Assembly: GCA_963783575.1 (NCBI GenBank)
Contig: CAWAOD010000014.1
Coordinates: 379,218-443,217 of the forward strand
DNA: 64,000 bases
From: an uncultured Spirochaetota bacterium
Lineage (GTDB): Bacteria > Spirochaetota > Brevinematia > Brevinematales > JAOACQ01
Direction of reading: 5' to 3'
Shown here: positions 1 through 10,026 of the stretch, piece after piece
Layout of the letters: each line of letters opens with the position of its first letter
How positions within the stretch are numbered: position 1 is the stretch's first letter
Notes under the pieces: model-generated
Seen by the model: only the letters and a program-made list of their open reading frames with translations
What the model was told of the DNA's origin: nothing
The model's database searches: none
Translations under genes and position numbers: made by a program

Positions 1-1058
1 TACTTTATCATGATTTACTACAGTTAAATTAACCTGCAATGCCTGAGATTTCTGAAATTTCAAAATCTGCGAATAAAAATCTTCATCGAACTTCATTATA
101 TTATCAAATTTATCAGCAGAGAAAGTTACGGTAATGGATAACTTGTCGGTATCAGATCTTAAAATGCGATCCGCGGTAAAATTGACAAGACCCTGATCGT
201 CACTGATATTTCCGGATTTAGTAATAATATTTGCATTGGAATTATTTTCGGTAATTAATAATGTAAAGCCTGGAACTCCCTTTCCAATTTTTGAGGATGA
301 TGTTTTGACTAGTATTGGATCGCTGCCGCCTTCAATGAAAGCATATCTGGAAGAACTTTCAAGAGAGAATGTTATGCTTGAAAGTATAAGTGTTATAATA
401 TTTCTGGATTCATCGTAAAGATCCGAGTTTTCTGCTGCTTTTTCGCTGATTATCAGAGCGCCTAGCGATAAATCAAGGGCTTTTGCAAGTTCACCGTTTT
501 TGATGGCAGCATCGGCTTCAGTCAGGTATTGGGTTGATGTTGATCTTTGGTCGCTTACCAGTTTCTGGAGCCTATTTCTTTCTTTATCAATCCAGCTTTG
601 TGGAAACTTTATTAATGAATACATTATAATCGTATTATCTGAATATTGTTCATAATACACATCTTCAAGATCAACGGCAACATTCGCGCTGCCTTTCCCC
701 TCGATGGTTTGAATTATATCCTCTTTAAAACTGGAAATGTTGTCAAGATCGGCCATTTCTTTCCTGGATTGAAATTTTGTTGTAGCCCTTACCCCGATAT
801 AATCAACCAATTGTGTAGTAGCGTCATTAATAGATTCACTTTTAGCCGATTTAAGATCGGCAGATTTCGAACTGATTCCTACAAAATAAATATAAGCACC
901 GCCGCTTTTTTCTTCAATATCCAATCCGGTTCTTTCGGAGCAGATGTTTTAATTACTTTCGGCGGCTCATTTGCTTTTACAATTGTATTTTGATCATTGC
1001 AGGATATAGCTGTAACTAAACCTAAAATTATTATCACTTTTAATAAAACACTTTTCAT
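1..1058 (-). pseudogene. Lipoprotein (LPP20-like N-terminal region), frameshifted, runs off the left edge
   Basis: Hand translation: AAGGAG RBS, ATG at 1058, MKSVLLKVIIILGLVTAISC (lipobox Cys), stop TAG at 879-881. The -1 frame continues GAYIYFVGISSKSADLKSAK... with no stop down to position 1. The shift is at the A6 run (T6 at 906-911). Confidence 0.7.
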
Positions 1059-1154
1059 AAATACTCCTTCAGGGTCTATATTTCTATATTTAATATACCT
1101 TATATTAAGCCTGTTTTCATAAAATCTATCATCTAATTTTCTAATAAGATTTAT

Positions 1155-1745
1155 TTATGATAAAAATTGATATACAAAATAAGAAAAATTTTTTGATAAT
1201 GAATGGCTTATTAAAAGCCTGAATTTAATCCCATTTTTTTCAATTGTCATTTCACTGTTTTGCATTCTAATATCAAACTGATTTAAAACCGGTGAAATAT
1301 TTCTTCCAATTAAATCTTTTTGGGTCCATTCCAATGCATTTTTGTTTGCATAGATTATTTTTTTGAAATGATTGGTTATGATCATTGGCTGTTCAAGATA
1401 GTCAAATACATTTTCATAATTAAACTTTTCGATATAATCTTCGAAATAAAATTGACAGGTAAATTCTTCATAAGAAATAATACGAATGAGTTTTCCGGCT
1501 TTATCTATTACCGGAATTTTTGTATTTTTTACTGCTTCATTTTTAAATATAGTATTTGGAATAAGATTGGCTTTCATAAAGTTAATATTTTCAAATAAAT
1601 TAAAATTACCCTCCATTATACCGATTTCAATATCTCGTTTCAAAACAACGCCAAGATAATCGTTGTCCTCAAATACCAGAATTCCATTAACTGCCGGAGC
1701 ATGAAAAAAAAGTTCCATCAATTCTTTTGCCAATTCCACTTCCAT
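1155..1745 (-). CDS. Hypothetical protein, degenerate CBS-like N-terminus plus PAS-like C-terminus
   Basis: 196-aa ORF with CBS-like YLGVV..RDI and IPVIDKAGKLIRIIS, and PAS-like MIITN...IIYANKNA. Confidence 0.55.
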   Translation of the reverse strand: MEVELAKELMELFFHAPAVNGILVFEDNDYLGVVLKRDIEIGIMEGNFNLFENINFMKANLIPNTIFKNEAVKNTKIPVIDKAGKLIRIISYEEFTCQFYFEDYIEKFNYENVFDYLEQPMIITNHFKKIIYANKNALEWTQKDLIGRNISPVLNQFDIRMQNSEMTIEKNGIKFRLLISHSLSKNFSYFVYQFLS

Positions 1746-1754
1746 AATGATTAC

Positions 1755-2753
1755 TCATTTTCTTCCATTTGTGAAGAAATCATCTGCCTTAAATTTGAAT
1801 TTATTTGTCAAATCATCACCGTCAATTGTAAAAATTCCCAATTTTTGTGGTGAATAAGCATAATAAAATCCATTTGTTTCCTTTTTTCCAACCATAAGTT
1901 CATTTGTAATAGATTCCATTGAAATAAATCTTGCATAAAACAAAGGATTTTTTAATCCGTAAAATGTTAACACAGATTCGTCAGTAACAATATCCAGAAA
2001 CCTGGAAATATTAAGCGAATAAATATCCATTATTTTTGATTTTACGGAAAAATTATCGGATTCGGTTTTTATCGGGAAATTCATAATGAATTTTTGACCG
2101 CCTGAATTTGTTTCGAACTTAAATTTTAAAGTACCGCCGTATTCCGACTGCAGTTCAATACTTTTCAACGATTGTAATGGAATATTAAAAATATCCCTGC
2201 TTCTTAATTCATTCGGTTTTTTTTCCATATTCAGGAATTTGCCGCAGGGAACAAGATATATCTTATCAATATTTTGATTTAATATAGTATAGTACATATT
2301 ACCTGAAGAAGTTTTACTGCCGTTTATTAATTCTATAATCTGGGAATTGTTGAAATAAATTTTTATTGAATCAACGGGCCGGTCAAAACCCAGTTCTTTC
2401 ATTTTATCTTCCGAAAGATTTGTTATTAGTGAATAGCTTTTCAAACCCGACAGATCATTGATAATTTTTAAAACGCTTTCATCATCGGCTTTTTCCATCA
2501 GGGGGAATGTTTCCATCCATTCATTGGATATATATTCCAGAAGGGTTACATTTAAATTAGTACCATCATTATAGGATATTTCTAATTTATTTATATCATT
2601 TTTTTGAAGATTTTCCATCATAATTATTTTATCCCAATTTTCCTTTTTCTTATTTTCCGGAATTATTCTATAATAGTAATAACCGGCAATTAATAATAAA
2701 ATAATCATCAAAGTTGAAATTTTCAGTATGTTATTTAATATTTTCTTGTTCAT
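1755..2753 (-). CDS. DUF4340-like membrane-anchored periplasmic protein
   Basis: One N-terminal TM helix and two repeats with W..P..AD, GFD.P/YGL..P and G..T..G..YY patterns. Likely start is MNKK at 2753 (the ORF extends to 2771). Confidence 0.7.
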   Translation of the reverse strand: MNKKILNNILKISTLMIILLLIAGYYYYRIIPENKKKENWDKIIMMENLQKNDINKLEISYNDGTNLNVTLLEYISNEWMETFPLMEKADDESVLKIINDLSGLKSYSLITNLSEDKMKELGFDRPVDSIKIYFNNSQIIELINGSKTSSGNMYYTILNQNIDKIYLVPCGKFLNMEKKPNELRSRDIFNIPLQSLKSIELQSEYGGTLKFKFETNSGGQKFIMNFPIKTESDNFSVKSKIMDIYSLNISRFLDIVTDESVLTFYGLKNPLFYARFISMESITNELMVGKKETNGFYYAYSPQKLGIFTIDGDDLTNKFKFKADDFFTNGRK

Positions 2754-2877
2754 TGAGTTTAAACCTTCCATACATTAATAAATTATTATATTGATTTTAG
2801 CATAATTCGATTAAAAACAAAACTAAATCAAATTAGTGTTTTTTATGAATTGTGACCAATTTTGTTTTTGTTAAAAT

Positions 2878-2906
2878 TTGACAAAATCCAGGCCTCAATC
2901 TAATAT
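2878..2906 (+). promoter_or_regulatory. Putative sigma70 promoter of the hydrogenase operon
   Basis: TTGACA-N17-TAATAT. Confidence 0.45.
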
Positions 2907-3169
2907 AAATATTCAAAAATATTGAGCAATAGAGTAATATTAAGGGTATTTTAAAATAAAATTATTTGAAAATGTTAATCTTTATTATTTCGATTGACAT
3001 ATCGAGAACCTGAGTTTACCCTGTTCATTTTTTACATATGTTTCAAATCTATGTATGTCTTACTTTAAAATGGCTCAGTCTTGAAACATAAATAAACTAT
3101 CCCCGTAACAGTGGGGTATTCTGAAAGAATAACGCTTGTTAAAATTCTATGCAAGGAGAAATAAGCAGA

Positions 3170-4609
3170 ATGAATGGTCAAATCCTAATATTAACCGCTA
3201 TATTTGTTCCTTTTTTTGGCGCTCTATTACTTCCTTTTATCGGGTTCATTTCAATCCGTATAAGAAACGGTCTTTCATTGATTATGGTAATGGTTTCATT
3301 TATTGCCTCCGCTGTAATGATTCCTCCGGTCTTTAACCATCAATACACATCGATTATCATGAATCTTAACGCCGGTTTTTTAGGAAATAATCCTGTACTA
3401 TTCAAGGCTGACGGACTGGCCGTTTTTATGGCTTTAATTTCATCATTCATAGGCGCTGTAATTGTTTTTTATTCTTTCGGATATATCAGCCACTATAAAA
3501 ATCAAAATGAGTATTATCTTCTTGTCGTTTTGTTTCTTGGTTCCATGATGGGCATTGTTTATTCCACTCATTTAATTTTTCTGTATTTATTCTGGGAAGT
3601 TACGGCAATCTGCAGTTGGAGACTGATTGGATTTTACAGGGAAAAAGATCATGTTATTAAAGCCGATAAAGCTTTTATGGTGACCTTTTTCGGCGCTATT
3701 GTTATGCTCATAGGCTTTATTATGATATATCAGCAATATCATACCTTTGATCTGACGCAAATCCCGAAGGGAACAATGCTTTCAGATTTGACCATTGTTT
3801 TGATAATGTTCGGAATTCTTTCAAAATCATCAACATTGCCTCTTCATACCTGGCTTCCCGATGCCGGTGTAGCTCCCGCTCCAGTCACATCGCTGCTCCA
3901 TGCTGCCGTGCTGGTTAAAATAGGTATATATGTTTTTGCAAGACTTTTTGTTGTTTCTTTTTCACTGGGAACTGCCTGGCATACTATTATTCCAGTTATT
4001 GCAGGAGTCAGTGCTCTGGTTTCGGCAGGAGTTGCCATTCTTGAAACGGATCTTAAAAGGATCATTGCTTATTCCACTGTCAGCCAGATCGGTTTTATAT
4101 TTTTAGGCCTGTCTACCGGCAGTCCTATCGGTATAGCTGGCGGACTTTTGTATATACTTATGCATGGCCTCGCTAAAGGCGGATTATTCCTATGCGCCGG
4201 TATCATTGAACAGAATGCAAAAACCAAGGATATTACTAAACTTGGCGGGCTTATTTCTGTGATGCCTGTTACAGCGATAGCTTTTGTTACATGCGCTTTT
4301 TCAATAATGGGTATACCTCCTTTTGGGGGATTTTTCAGTAAGTTTATGGTTATCAGCGGCGCAGTAGATTCAGGCCAGCCATGGATTGCATTAACATTCG
4401 TATTGGGAGCAGTTTTGACTGTTATTTATCTGTTCAGGGCTTTTATCACCGTGTTTCTGGGGCCCTTAAAAGCTGTTTCAAGCAGGGAGGGATCATCAAC
4501 AATGGTTGCCAGTGTTGTTCTTCTCGCTTTCCTTTCTCTGGCAGGAGGTCTTTTAATCAATTTTCCGTCTGATTTTGTTCAAACTATCTTACAGGGAGTG
4601 AAAGGTTAA
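3170..4609 (+). CDS. Antiporter-like membrane subunit (NuoL/MrpD family) of the membrane-bound hydrogenase
   Basis: Very hydrophobic; FWEVT, PLHTWLPDA..AP, KRIIAYSTVSQIG. AGGAG precedes ATG 3170 (ORF from 3149). Confidence 0.9.
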   Translation: MNGQILILTAIFVPFFGALLLPFIGFISIRIRNGLSLIMVMVSFIASAVMIPPVFNHQYTSIIMNLNAGFLGNNPVLFKADGLAVFMALISSFIGAVIVFYSFGYISHYKNQNEYYLLVVLFLGSMMGIVYSTHLIFLYLFWEVTAICSWRLIGFYREKDHVIKADKAFMVTFFGAIVMLIGFIMIYQQYHTFDLTQIPKGTMLSDLTIVLIMFGILSKSSTLPLHTWLPDAGVAPAPVTSLLHAAVLVKIGIYVFARLFVVSFSLGTAWHTIIPVIAGVSALVSAGVAILETDLKRIIAYSTVSQIGFIFLGLSTGSPIGIAGGLLYILMHGLAKGGLFLCAGIIEQNAKTKDITKLGGLISVMPVTAIAFVTCAFSIMGIPPFGGFFSKFMVISGAVDSGQPWIALTFVLGAVLTVIYLFRAFITVFLGPLKAVSSREGSSTMVASVVLLAFLSLAGGLLINFPSDFVQTILQGVKG

Positions 4610-6475
4610 ATGGACAATAGAATTATTTTATTACCTATACTGGTTCCCGCGGTCTTGTCATTATTTTTATTTATTTTACCGAAAAAAGATCGCTGGTTAA
4701 AAGAAACTATCGCCCTTATAGCTGTAACTTTTAATATGATCCTCTGCATTTTTTTATTCGGTAAGGAAGCATCTGTTCAGGTTCCATGGATAAATCTGAA
4801 TGGGTTTAAGGTTGATTTCAGCCTGCGTCTCTACCAATTCAGCGCATTTATTATTTTAGCAGTTTCGGGTTTTTCTTTCCTTGTCACGCTTTATTCTGCG
4901 GTTTTTATGAAAGGCAAAGAAAACCTCCGGCAATATTATGCTTTTTTATTGATTTCATTAGCCCTTGTAAACGGGGCCGTTCTGGCAAATAACCTGGTAC
5001 TGATGCTTTTCTTCTGGGAAGGACTTCTTATAACCCTTTTCGTAATGATTATGTCGGGCGGGAAAACAGCTTTTGCAACCGCAGTAAAAGCTTTTGTTCT
5101 TGTCGGAGTTGCGGATTTCTTTATGATTATGGGTATCGCATTGATAGCCTTTCTCACAAAGGGAGAAATGACTCTCGATGTTATTCAGAAAAATCCTCTC
5201 TCAACACAGACTTTACTGGGCGGGTTTGCTTTTGTAATGATAATGCTTGGAGCAATTGCTAAGGCCGGCTCCATGCCCTTTCACAGCTGGATACCGGATG
5301 CGGCAATCGACGCGCCTCTTCCTTTTATGGCATTTTTACCGGCATCGCTGGAAAAACTTCTGGGTATTTACTTTTTAGCAAGGATCTGCCTGGACATATT
5401 CAATCTCAAGCCCGGTTCTCCTATGAGCATATTACTTATGACCATAGGCTCCGTTACAATACTGCTGGCAGTAATGATGGCGATTATTCAGAAAGATTAT
5501 AAGAGACTTTTATCATACCATGCTATAAGCCAGGTCGGTTATATGATTCTGGGAATAGGTACTGCAATACCTGTCGGAATAGTCGGCGGTTTATTCCATA
5601 TGATAAACCATGCTATGTATAAAAGCTGCCTTTTTTTAACCGGCGGTTCCGTTGAAAAACAGGCAGGTACTACCGATTTGAAAGAGCTTGGAGGTTTGGG
5701 CAAAAAAATGCCTGTTACATTTACCTGTTTTATTATAGCGGCGGCGGCAATATCCGGAGTACCGCCTTTTAACGGTTTTTTCTCTAAGGAACTGGTGTTT
5801 GACGGCGCTCTTGAAAGCGGATACCCGGTGTTTTATATTTTTGCCTTACTCGGCGCTTTCTTAACAGCCGCATCATTTTTAAAACTCGGGCATGCGGCTT
5901 TTCTGGGTAAACCGAAGAGAGATTTCAGCAAAGTAAAGGATCCTTCCTGGCCAATGCTTGTACCGATGATCCTAATCGCTTTCGGATGCATTCTTTTCGG
6001 AGTTTATAATGCCCTCCCACTTCATAATTTGATTGAACCTATCCTTGGCTCAAGGCTTGAACACAGCTTTGCAGGCTTGCCTTCAAACTGGCTTCTTGTC
6101 GGTATTTCAGTAGTAGTTTTAATTCTTGCCTTTTTAAACCATCTTTATGGTGTTAATAAAACAAAAAGCGGGATCGGGGCAGTAGATCATATTCATTACG
6201 CTCCAGTTTTATCTTCTATTTATAAAGGAGCTGAAAAGAAGTTTTTTGATCCTTATGATCTGGGAATGATAATTGCAAAGGCTTTTGCCAACCTGGCTTT
6301 CTGGATCGACAGGGCTGTGGACTGGTTCTACAATGTTTTTTGTGTCTGGGCTGCCGAAAAGCTGTCGTTATATATCAGGAAAGCACAGACGGGTAACCAT
6401 GCGCTTTACTTATTATATTCAATATTGGGTATGGCTTTAATTATAGTAATTTTTGTTACCGGTTTTAAGTTTTAA
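4610..6475 (+). CDS. Antiporter-like membrane subunit (NuoL/MrpA-like, with long C-terminal lateral-helix region)
   Basis: FFWEG, PFHSWIPDAA, KRLLSYHAISQVG, and NuoL-like C-terminal DRAVDW...AQTG. Confidence 0.9.
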   Translation: MDNRIILLPILVPAVLSLFLFILPKKDRWLKETIALIAVTFNMILCIFLFGKEASVQVPWINLNGFKVDFSLRLYQFSAFIILAVSGFSFLVTLYSAVFMKGKENLRQYYAFLLISLALVNGAVLANNLVLMLFFWEGLLITLFVMIMSGGKTAFATAVKAFVLVGVADFFMIMGIALIAFLTKGEMTLDVIQKNPLSTQTLLGGFAFVMIMLGAIAKAGSMPFHSWIPDAAIDAPLPFMAFLPASLEKLLGIYFLARICLDIFNLKPGSPMSILLMTIGSVTILLAVMMAIIQKDYKRLLSYHAISQVGYMILGIGTAIPVGIVGGLFHMINHAMYKSCLFLTGGSVEKQAGTTDLKELGGLGKKMPVTFTCFIIAAAAISGVPPFNGFFSKELVFDGALESGYPVFYIFALLGAFLTAASFLKLGHAAFLGKPKRDFSKVKDPSWPMLVPMILIAFGCILFGVYNALPLHNLIEPILGSRLEHSFAGLPSNWLLVGISVVVLILAFLNHLYGVNKTKSGIGAVDHIHYAPVLSSIYKGAEKKFFDPYDLGMIIAKAFANLAFWIDRAVDWFYNVFCVWAAEKLSLYIRKAQTGNHALYLLYSILGMALIIVIFVTGFKF

Positions 6476-6496
6476 TTAATGTCGGGAGGTTGTTAA

Positions 6497-7945
6497 GTGC
6501 AGGCTCTATTTATCATAATTCCTTTTTTTGTTTTATTGATTTTAAATTTACCCTATAAAAAAAACTGGAGGAAATATAGTTTTTATGTGGGGCTGTTTAT
6601 AGCTTTATTCCAGATATTATTGTCGCTGACAAGCGGCGCGCTCATCTGGAACAAAATTATTCAGGTATTCCAGATAAATTTTATTACTGAGCTTAAGATA
6701 GACTATATCAGCCTGGTAGTTTTATTTACAATCGGCCTTATTGCCGGAACAGCTTTATGGGTTGGCAGATTTTTACCGGGAAAAAACGATCCATCCAGAG
6801 ATGATTTCAATTTTGTGAATCTCATAATTCTGGCTGTAATGGGAATGAACGGTGTTGTGATGGTAAGGGACCTGTTTTCACTATATGTTTTTCTTGAAAT
6901 TACAGCTGTAGCGTCATTCATTTTAATATCCATCAATCGCGACAAATTTGCATTCGAAGGTGCATTCAAATATCTGATAATGTCTGCCTTGGCAACGATA
7001 TTTATGCTTGCGGCAATTGCCCTTATTTTTATGAATACGCAGGACTTAAGCTATGGAGCCGTTAGCGGTTTATTGAAAAATTTAGGCAATAATCCGAATC
7101 CTCAGTTGATTCTGGCTTTAATTTTATTTATTACTGGCTTTTCAATAAAAGCCGGGGTTGTACCTTTTCATGGATGGCTGCCTGATGCATATTCTTCAGC
7201 TTCATCACCGGTTTCGGTTTTTCTTGCAGGAATTGTTACAAAGGTCGCCGGAGTATATACATTAATTAGATTATCATACGACGTTTTCAATAATAACCCG
7301 GCGATCGGAAATATCATGATGCTATTCGGGCTTCTTTCCATAATAATCGGGGCATTCGCAGCAATAGGACAGTCCGATTTCAAGAGAATGCTCGCATATT
7401 CAAGTATAAGCCAGATAGGATATATCATCTTCGCTGCCGGTATCGGAACACCACTGGCATTAACAGGAGCAATGCTTCATTTTTTCAACCATGCGATATT
7501 CAAATCCTCCTTATTTGTAAATTCGGCCGCTGTTGAGAAAGAAGCCGGTACGAGGGATATAAATAAGCTTGGCGGTCTTGCGTCAAAGATGCCGATAACA
7601 GGAGGCACTTCAATAGTGAGTTTTTTATCCACTGCAGGTATTCCGCCTCTTTCCGGTTTCTGGAGTAAATTTATAATAATACTTTCAGCATGGATTACAG
7701 GGTTCCATTCTTATGCCGTTATAGCATTACTTGCCAGCATCCTTACTCTTGTTTATTTCCTTATTCTTCAAAGAAGAGTATTTTTCGGCAAATTGGCAAT
7801 CGGTTTCGAGAACATAAAAGAAGGGAATATCGGGGTTACTTTTCCCGCTTTGATTTTATCAGGAATAACAATCCTCCTCGGTTTGCTCTTTCCTGCTGTT
7901 GTTGCATATCTGCAGTCAAACGGATTGCTGAATTTTAATTTATAG
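6497..7945 (+). CDS. Antiporter-like membrane subunit (NuoN/MrpD family)
   Basis: YVFLEI, EGAFKYL, KAGVVPFHGWLPDAY, KRMLAYSSISQIG. Confidence 0.9.
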   Translation: MQALFIIIPFFVLLILNLPYKKNWRKYSFYVGLFIALFQILLSLTSGALIWNKIIQVFQINFITELKIDYISLVVLFTIGLIAGTALWVGRFLPGKNDPSRDDFNFVNLIILAVMGMNGVVMVRDLFSLYVFLEITAVASFILISINRDKFAFEGAFKYLIMSALATIFMLAAIALIFMNTQDLSYGAVSGLLKNLGNNPNPQLILALILFITGFSIKAGVVPFHGWLPDAYSSASSPVSVFLAGIVTKVAGVYTLIRLSYDVFNNNPAIGNIMMLFGLLSIIIGAFAAIGQSDFKRMLAYSSISQIGYIIFAAGIGTPLALTGAMLHFFNHAIFKSSLFVNSAAVEKEAGTRDINKLGGLASKMPITGGTSIVSFLSTAGIPPLSGFWSKFIIILSAWITGFHSYAVIALLASILTLVYFLILQRRVFFGKLAIGFENIKEGNIGVTFPALILSGITILLGLLFPAVVAYLQSNGLLNFNL

Positions 7946-7960
7946 TCAGGGGAACTACCT

Positions 7961-8464
7961 ATGAATTTTATTTTAATATTTATATTAATCGTTTTAATAC
8001 TAGCCGCTTTAGCTTCGATCATGCTTAGAAATCTTTTAAAAGCGGCAATATCACTGGCAGTTGCCAGCGCTTTACTTGCAGCGGCAATGTTCATTATGGG
8101 CGCCTGGCTTGCCTCAGTTATTGAACTGTCAGTTTGCGCCGGATTAATAACTGTTATTTTTATAAGCACAATCAGCTTGACAAAGCCCCTGTCCAGGAAA
8201 GAGGATATTGAGGAAGGCAGAAACCGGATGAAACGTTTTATTTACTTGCCATTCATATTGATTATAGTTTATATTTTACTTATCCTTGCCTGGAAAAGAG
8301 GATTGATTAATATTAAATTCGATAACATTGCCCAGTCAGGTTTAATTACTTTACGTCAGACAATATGGGAAAAAAGACAGCTTGATATTGTCGGGCAGAT
8401 AATAGTAATCCTGACCGGAGTATTCGGGGTTGTAGTTCTATTTAAGGAGCGTGAAGTAAAATGA
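7961..8464 (+). CDS. NuoJ/MrpB-like membrane subunit
   Basis: Hydrophobic 167 aa with ELSVCAGL and R.LD..GQ; position in operon. Confidence 0.75.
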   Translation: MNFILIFILIVLILAALASIMLRNLLKAAISLAVASALLAAAMFIMGAWLASVIELSVCAGLITVIFISTISLTKPLSRKEDIEEGRNRMKRFIYLPFILIIVYILLILAWKRGLINIKFDNIAQSGLITLRQTIWEKRQLDIVGQIIVILTGVFGVVVLFKEREVK

Positions 8465-8772
8465 GTCTCGATATTAATTTTTTTATTTTTTCAACAATAG
8501 TTTTATTGTTTGTAACAGGACTGTACTGCCTGCTTTTATCAAAGAATTTATTGCGGATAATTATCGGCCTTGAAGTAATGACAAAAGGAATAACGCTTTT
8601 ACTCATAGCAGCAGGTTACTCCAACGGCGGGGGCTTTCTGTCTCAGTCTTTTGTGATTACTTTGATCATAATTGAAGTGGTCGTGATGGTTGTAGCCAGC
8701 GGTATTATCATCGGCGTATGCCGGCTTAATAACTCTCTGGATACCAGCAATCTAAAGAATTTAAAGGGCTAA
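8461..8772 (+). CDS. NuoK/MrpC-like membrane subunit
   Basis: Three TM helices; GLY..L..NLLRIIIGLE and IIIEVV. Confidence 0.85.
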   Translation: MSLDINFFIFSTIVLLFVTGLYCLLLSKNLLRIIIGLEVMTKGITLLLIAAGYSNGGGFLSQSFVITLIIIEVVVMVVASGIIIGVCRLNNSLDTSNLKNLKG

Positions 8773-8783
8773 AGAGGAATTAT

Positions 8784-9104
8784 ATGAAGAACATTTTATT
8801 ATCACCGCCGGTAGTTTTTATTATATTACTTGCAGTTTCATTTCTATTTTCCGCTTTATTCAGGATTTTTGCTTTTACGGGAAAAGAATCGCCGGGAAAG
8901 ACAAAATCATACTCTTGCGGAGAAGATGTTGCAATTAATAAAGTCCAGACCGATTACAGCCAATTTTTTCCATTCGCGTTTTTCTTCACGATTATGCATG
9001 TTGTGGTATTAATGGTTGCAACGATTCCGCTTGGTTTTTCAGTAATGCCCGTTGTTTATATTGTTGCGGCGGTAATGGCGCTTTCCATATTGTTCAGGAG
9101 GTAA
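8784..9104 (+). CDS. NuoA-like membrane subunit
   Basis: K..SYSCGE loop followed by FF.FA.FF; three TM helices. Confidence 0.75.
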   Translation: MKNILLSPPVVFIILLAVSFLFSALFRIFAFTGKESPGKTKSYSCGEDVAINKVQTDYSQFFPFAFFFTIMHVVVLMVATIPLGFSVMPVVYIVAAVMALSILFRR

Positions 9105-9105
9105 A

Positions 9106-9537
9106 ATGTCGATTCTAAAAAAAATAATAACCTGGGCAAGAATAAAATCTCCCTGGATCATACATTTCAATTCCGGAGCCTGCAATGCATGCGATATTGA
9201 AATTCTTGCTGCATTGACACCGAAGTTTGATGTAGAGCGTTTCGGCGTTCTTTTAAGAGGCACTCCAAGGCATGCCGATGTAATGGTTTGTTCAGGTCCT
9301 GTAACCCTTCAGACAAAAGACCGTCTTGTTAGAATTTATGAACAGATGGCCGAACCGAAATTTGTTGTTGCAGTTGGAACCTGCGCGTCTTCCGGCGGAG
9401 TTTTTAAAGGCTGCTATGGTGTCTGTGGTGGAATTGATTCCGTTATACCGGTTTCGGCTTACATTCCGGGTTGTCCCGCAAGGCCGGAAGCAATTATTGA
9501 CGGTGTTGTCAAGCTCCTTAAAAGCTTGGAAGGATAA
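9106..9537 (+). CDS. Hydrogenase small subunit (NuoB/EchC/MbhJ family)
   Basis: CNACDIE, PRHAD, GTCA and PGCPARP Fe-S ligands. Confidence 0.95.
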   Translation: MSILKKIITWARIKSPWIIHFNSGACNACDIEILAALTPKFDVERFGVLLRGTPRHADVMVCSGPVTLQTKDRLVRIYEQMAEPKFVVAVGTCASSGGVFKGCYGVCGGIDSVIPVSAYIPGCPARPEAIIDGVVKLLKSLEG

Positions 9538-9549
9538 TTGGGGGTTTAT

Positions 9550-10026
9550 ATGGAAAAAGCCAGGAACATAGAATTGGATATGGTAAAGAAATTTGGTTTC
9601 CTTGAAGGTAAATTCAAAATCACACGAAGCAGAAGGATATTTCTGGATGTGCCGATGGAAAACTTCATGGATGTTGTTAAATATGCTAAAGAGAAAGGAT
9701 TTGATTGGCTTTGTACAATAACAGGTCTTGATGTTGTTGAAAGTTTTCAGGCAATATATCATTTGACAGATAAAGACGGATGTTTATTAAACCTTAAAAT
9801 ATCGATTCCAAAATCTAATCCGGTCATTAAAACGATTACCGGAATTTTTGAGAGCGGTGTATATTACGAAAGAGAATTGAAAGACCTTCTTGGAATAGAA
9901 GTTGAAGGATTACCCGCCGGAAGGCATTATCCGCTTCCGGACAACTGGCCTGCAGGACAGTATCCTTTGAGAAAAGACTGGAAGAATGAAGATACCTGCG
10001 AATGCAAAGATGGAGGTGAAAAATAA
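9550..10026 (+). CDS. NuoC/EchD/MbhK-like subunit
   Basis: TITGLD, YEREL.DL.G, W..G.YPLRKD. Confidence 0.9.
   Translation: MEKARNIELDMVKKFGFLEGKFKITRSRRIFLDVPMENFMDVVKYAKEKGFDWLCTITGLDVVESFQAIYHLTDKDGCLLNLKISIPKSNPVIKTITGIFESGVYYERELKDLLGIEVEGLPAGRHYPLPDNWPAGQYPLRKDWKNEDTCECKDGGEK

Noticed and set aside
906-911. Canonical programmed -1 frameshift (A_AAA_AAG)
   Set aside because: The heptamer is not in the required phase (the 0-frame reads AAG AAA AAA GCG) and I saw no stimulatory structure.
236-993. Plus-strand ORFs 236-418 and 646-993
   Set aside because: These are antisense shadows of the minus-strand lipoprotein frame.
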